From an uncultured cyanobacterium (GTDB lineage: Bacteria > Cyanobacteriota > Cyanobacteriia > Cyanobacteriales > Nostocaceae), in NCBI GenBank assembly GCA_963706595.1, contig OY970166.1, positions 3,712,001-3,776,000 of the forward strand: a stretch of 64,000 bases of DNA, written 5' to 3'. Shown here one piece after another: positions 61,126 to 64,000 of the stretch. Position 1 is the first letter of the stretch, and each line of letters starts with the position of its first letter. A model generated the notes under the pieces. It was not told where the DNA came from. It saw only the letters and a program-made list of their open reading frames with translations, and made no database searches. The translations under genes and the position numbers were made by a program.

Positions 61126-61338
61126 CTAATGCTGCTGTTCTAACCAAACTACCAAATCAGCAACTTCGGAAAAATCAAATAATGCTTCGCCTAAATCTTC
61201 TAAATCATCAGCAGATAAATTTCTCACCTGTATCATTAATGAATCATTAATATCACCAAAACGACGTTTCAGAAGACGACTAATCATTTTTAATGCTTGT
61301 TTTTGAACTATATCTTGATAAATTACAGACTCTTGCAT
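61126..61338 (-). CDS. Stand-alone DUF4351 (Rpn C-terminal-like) small protein
   Basis: MQESVIYQ..RRFG..LEDLGEALFDF..L..WL; GAGG upstream. Confidence 0.8.
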   Translation of the reverse strand: MQESVIYQDIVQKQALKMISRLLKRRFGDINDSLMIQVRNLSADDLEDLGEALFDFSEVADLVVWLEQQH

Positions 61339-61425
61339 AATATCCTCGATAAAATACTAAATTGAAATTAGGAAATTTATATGTTATTATCTCAGATAAT
61401 TGACTAATTTATCACTTGATAAACT

Positions 61426-61656
61426 ATGGAAAAACTACTAAACATCCGTATTGAAAAATTACCAGAAGGTGTTTATTTAGCAACATCTGATGATTTGCAA
61501 GGGTTAGTTGCTCAAGGAAGGACTGTTGCAGAAACTTTAGAAATTGCTCGTGATGTAGCGAGAAAGTTATTAGAAGCGCAAAATCAGGATGAAGAATTAG
61601 AGTATTTGCAACCTATAACTGAGCAGTTTAACTATCCTTTAGTAGTAGGATATTAG
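61426..61656 (+). CDS. hicB: HicB-like antitoxin
   Basis: YLATSDDLQGLVAQGRTVAETLE. Confidence 0.85.
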   Translation: MEKLLNIRIEKLPEGVYLATSDDLQGLVAQGRTVAETLEIARDVARKLLEAQNQDEELEYLQPITEQFNYPLVVGY

Positions 61657-61663
61657 TGAATTG

Positions 61664-61888
61664 ATGGGTAGGTTATCTGGGTTTAGTTATCGAGAAATTA
61701 TTAAAATTATCAAAAAATTTGGTTTTGTTTTTTATCGTCAAGCCGCAGGAAGTCACGAAATTTGGTTTAACCCGGAAACTAATCTTTATACTACCATTCC
61801 TAATCATTCTGGTGATATGCCAGAAGGCACATTACGATCAATTTTGAAGCAAGCTGGAATTAAACCCGATGACTTTCTTGAAGGTTAA
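61664..61888 (+). CDS. hicA: HicA mRNA interferase toxin
   Basis: GF..RQAAGSH, IPNH, GTLRSILKQAG. Confidence 0.92.
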   Translation: MGRLSGFSYREIIKIIKKFGFVFYRQAAGSHEIWFNPETNLYTTIPNHSGDMPEGTLRSILKQAGIKPDDFLEG

Positions 61889-62010
61889 ATTCTTTCAATT
61901 AATTACAATATTTATTATTTATGTTTTAAATAAAGAATTAAACGGAAATTTTACTCCTCTAAAATAACATGATAATATTTATTATATTTGAAATATTGTA
62001 ATATTGGCTA

Positions 62011-62460
62011 ATGGCAAAACTCTACTATCGTGGTATGGCAGAGCAAAATGGTAAGCCCAAAGTAGGTCGGAGTGCTAGACTATTAGGAGTTAGACTTGGC
62101 ATTGATATAAATATTGAGCAAATGCCCGTAACTTATCTGGATGAGCAAGGCTATTTGTTAGCAGAGTCAGAACGTGAGAAGTTGTGGGGAGAATTGGTTG
62201 CTGTTGCTATTAGAGATACAAAGGGAATGTCCGTTTCCCTATCCATTGACGGTTTACCAACATCTCGCAAACCTGCTAAATTTGGTGGAACTGGAAAAGA
62301 TCCCCTATGGCAAATTGATGACAGCAACATCACTGGAGATTTGCAAGCTGTTCAGGATAGCCCAACCCACGTTAGCATTTTGCCAAGAGCTACAATGTCT
62401 CTAGAAAAGTACGAATCAGCATTGGCAAACACCCAAAACGATTGGGAAAGAGTTGATTAG
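62011..62460 (+). CDS. Putative Tse2-like ADP-ribosyltransferase-fold toxin
   Basis: YYRG..LGVR..D..GMSVS..H.SILP..LE.YE.AL pattern. Confidence 0.55.
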   Translation: MAKLYYRGMAEQNGKPKVGRSARLLGVRLGIDINIEQMPVTYLDEQGYLLAESEREKLWGELVAVAIRDTKGMSVSLSIDGLPTSRKPAKFGGTGKDPLWQIDDSNITGDLQAVQDSPTHVSILPRATMSLEKYESALANTQNDWERVD

Positions 62461-62486
62461 CACTATAAGAATAGGAGTCTATAGGC

Positions 62487-63020
62487 ATGGCGTGGATATT
62501 TAGTTTATCGGCAGAGTGTGGCTCTGATGAAAGCAGTGCTAAGGAATTGGCTAACTATCTGGGGGCAACGACTTTTGCATTGAAACTCTCAGATAATCGT
62601 ATACACCTATGTTGCACAGACACTTTTCAAGATATAGAAAATAATTGGTGGTGTCGCCTTTACCCAGATAATATTAGTGAAGTGGGCATAGATAGCCCTG
62701 AAAGTGCTTATTTAATGACAGAGTTAGGTCTTTTATTCTATGAAGCTCTAAAGTTTGATTCTACATTTCGTTATGCTTTAGTTGGTGTAGAAGTTGATGA
62801 ATTTAGAACCTATAGTGAACTGATTGAAGATTTGCCTAATTTATCTATTCCAGGATTAGTTTTGTCTAAAGCACTTAAACAGGAAGTAGAAACATTACCA
62901 GTTTTCCAACCATTTAGTGATGGTTATGTTTGGCAACCTTATCAGGGAGAAGTTTACAATCCATTAATGGTATCTCCAGAGTTAAAAAGTAAACTTGATC
63001 AACTTTCAGCTTTGAGTTGA
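62487..63020 (+). CDS. Hypothetical acidic protein, candidate immunity protein
   Basis: Directly downstream of the putative toxin with GGAG RBS; FRYALVGVE motif. Confidence 0.55.
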   Translation: MAWIFSLSAECGSDESSAKELANYLGATTFALKLSDNRIHLCCTDTFQDIENNWWCRLYPDNISEVGIDSPESAYLMTELGLLFYEALKFDSTFRYALVGVEVDEFRTYSELIEDLPNLSIPGLVLSKALKQEVETLPVFQPFSDGYVWQPYQGEVYNPLMVSPELKSKLDQLSALS

Positions 63021-63225
63021 ATTTAAGCATTTTGTATTTCTTCTGATTGTTTAAGGAAAAAAATACTGCTGATACTATACGATGTATAGCATTTTCTAAT
63101 CTGCTGAGTTACACCTAATTAATTCTTCTCTCTGCGCCCTCTGCGCCTCTGCGGTTCGATTTCCAAAAAAAACAGCCACCTCCATTAGGAAGCAGCTATT
63201 TTTCAATTTATGTGGCTATAGACTA

Positions 63226-64000
63226 TTAGTAATCGAAGTCACCGCCACCCATACCACCGCCACCAGCAGGAGCAGCATCTTTAGGCTCAGGCTTGTCAAC
63301 GATGATACATTCGGTTGTCAACACCATACCAGCGATAGAAGCAGCGTTTTGCAGCGCAGAACGAGTTACCTTCGCAGGGTCAACAATACCAGCTTCTAAC
63401 AAATCAACGAATTCGTTGGTTGCAGCATTGTAGCCAATGTTGAAATCTTTCTCTTTCACACGTTCAGCAATTACAGCACCATTCTGACCAGCGTTTTCAG
63501 CAATCCGCTTCAGAGGCGCAGGTAAAGCACGAACGACAATCAAAGCACCAATCAACTCTTCATCTTTCAGATTAGCTTTTGCCCAAGTTTCTAATTCAGG
63601 AGCAAGGTGAGCTAGAGTTGTACCACCGCCGGGAACAATCCCTTCTTCTACAGCAGCTTTGGTGGCGTTGATCGCGTCTTCTAGGCGTAGCTTCTTATCT
63701 TTCATTTCGGTTTCAGTGGCTGCACCCACTTTCACCACAGCTACACCACCAGAGAGTTTAGCAAGACGTTCTTGCAGCTTCTCTTTGTCGTAAGAAGATT
63801 CGGTTTCTTCCATCTGACGACGGATTTGTTCGCAACGAGCCTTCACAGGGGCTTCGTTACCTTCAGCAACAATTGTGGTTGTGTCCTTGGTAATGGTGAC
63901 ACGGCGAGCTTTACCCAGGCTTTCTAGCTTGGTATTTTCTAGCTTCAGACCAGCGTCTTCTGTTACCAATGTACCACCAGTTAGAACGGCGATATCTTCT
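63226..64000 (-). CDS. groEL: Chaperonin GroEL (3' part; runs off the window)
   Basis: [34 protein letters not shown] tail. Confidence 0.98.
   Translation of the reverse strand, partial: EDIAVLTGGTLVTEDAGLKLENTKLESLGKARRVTITKDTTTIVAEGNEAPVKARCEQIRRQMEETESSYDKEKLQERLAKLSGGVAVVKVGAATETEMKDKKLRLEDAINATKAAVEEGIVPGGGTTLAHLAPELETWAKANLKDEELIGALIVVRALPAPLKRIAENAGQNGAVIAERVKEKDFNIGYNAATNEFVDLLEAGIVDPAKVTRSALQNAASIAGMVLTTECIIVDKPEPKDAAPAGGGGMGGGDFDY

Overview
Chromosomal window from a heterocystous-type cyanobacterium (Nostocales, inferred from abundant HIP1 GCGATCGC sites, STRR heptamer repeats and gene content). The housekeeping backbone includes murG, nadA, tRNA-Ser(TGA), plmA, tig-clpP-clpX, asd, dapA, rnj, rpmF, ureD-A-B-C, a Hik2-like kinase, ccb1, pex, serS and the 3' part of groEL. 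Accessory content: (i) an AT-rich, HIP1-free islet next to tRNA-Ser encoding a tandem DUF262-DUF262-HNH protein; (ii) a Rieske/DsbA/MerR/sulfurtransferase/thioredoxin/ArsP-like permease/rhodanese cluster; (iii) a urease operon whose junctions carry an ABC-ATPase+TOPRIM pair and a GxxExxY nuclease gene bracketed by 28-bp inverted repeats, followed by an Rpn-type nuclease and a broken vapBC; (iv) a tnpB-only IS200/IS605 element with a 24-nt mobile repeat in its zinc finger, plus two TnpB-less omegaRNA-like remnants; (v) a serS-groEL islet with radical SAM+methyltransferase, hicBA and a Tse2-like toxin/immunity candidate. Many MITE, REP-like and SDR repeats are present. The most novel-looking signal is the inverted-repeat-bounded GxxExxY cassette with related solo repeats, a candidate minimal mobile element. 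All family assignments come from motif recognition by eye; no database searches were run.
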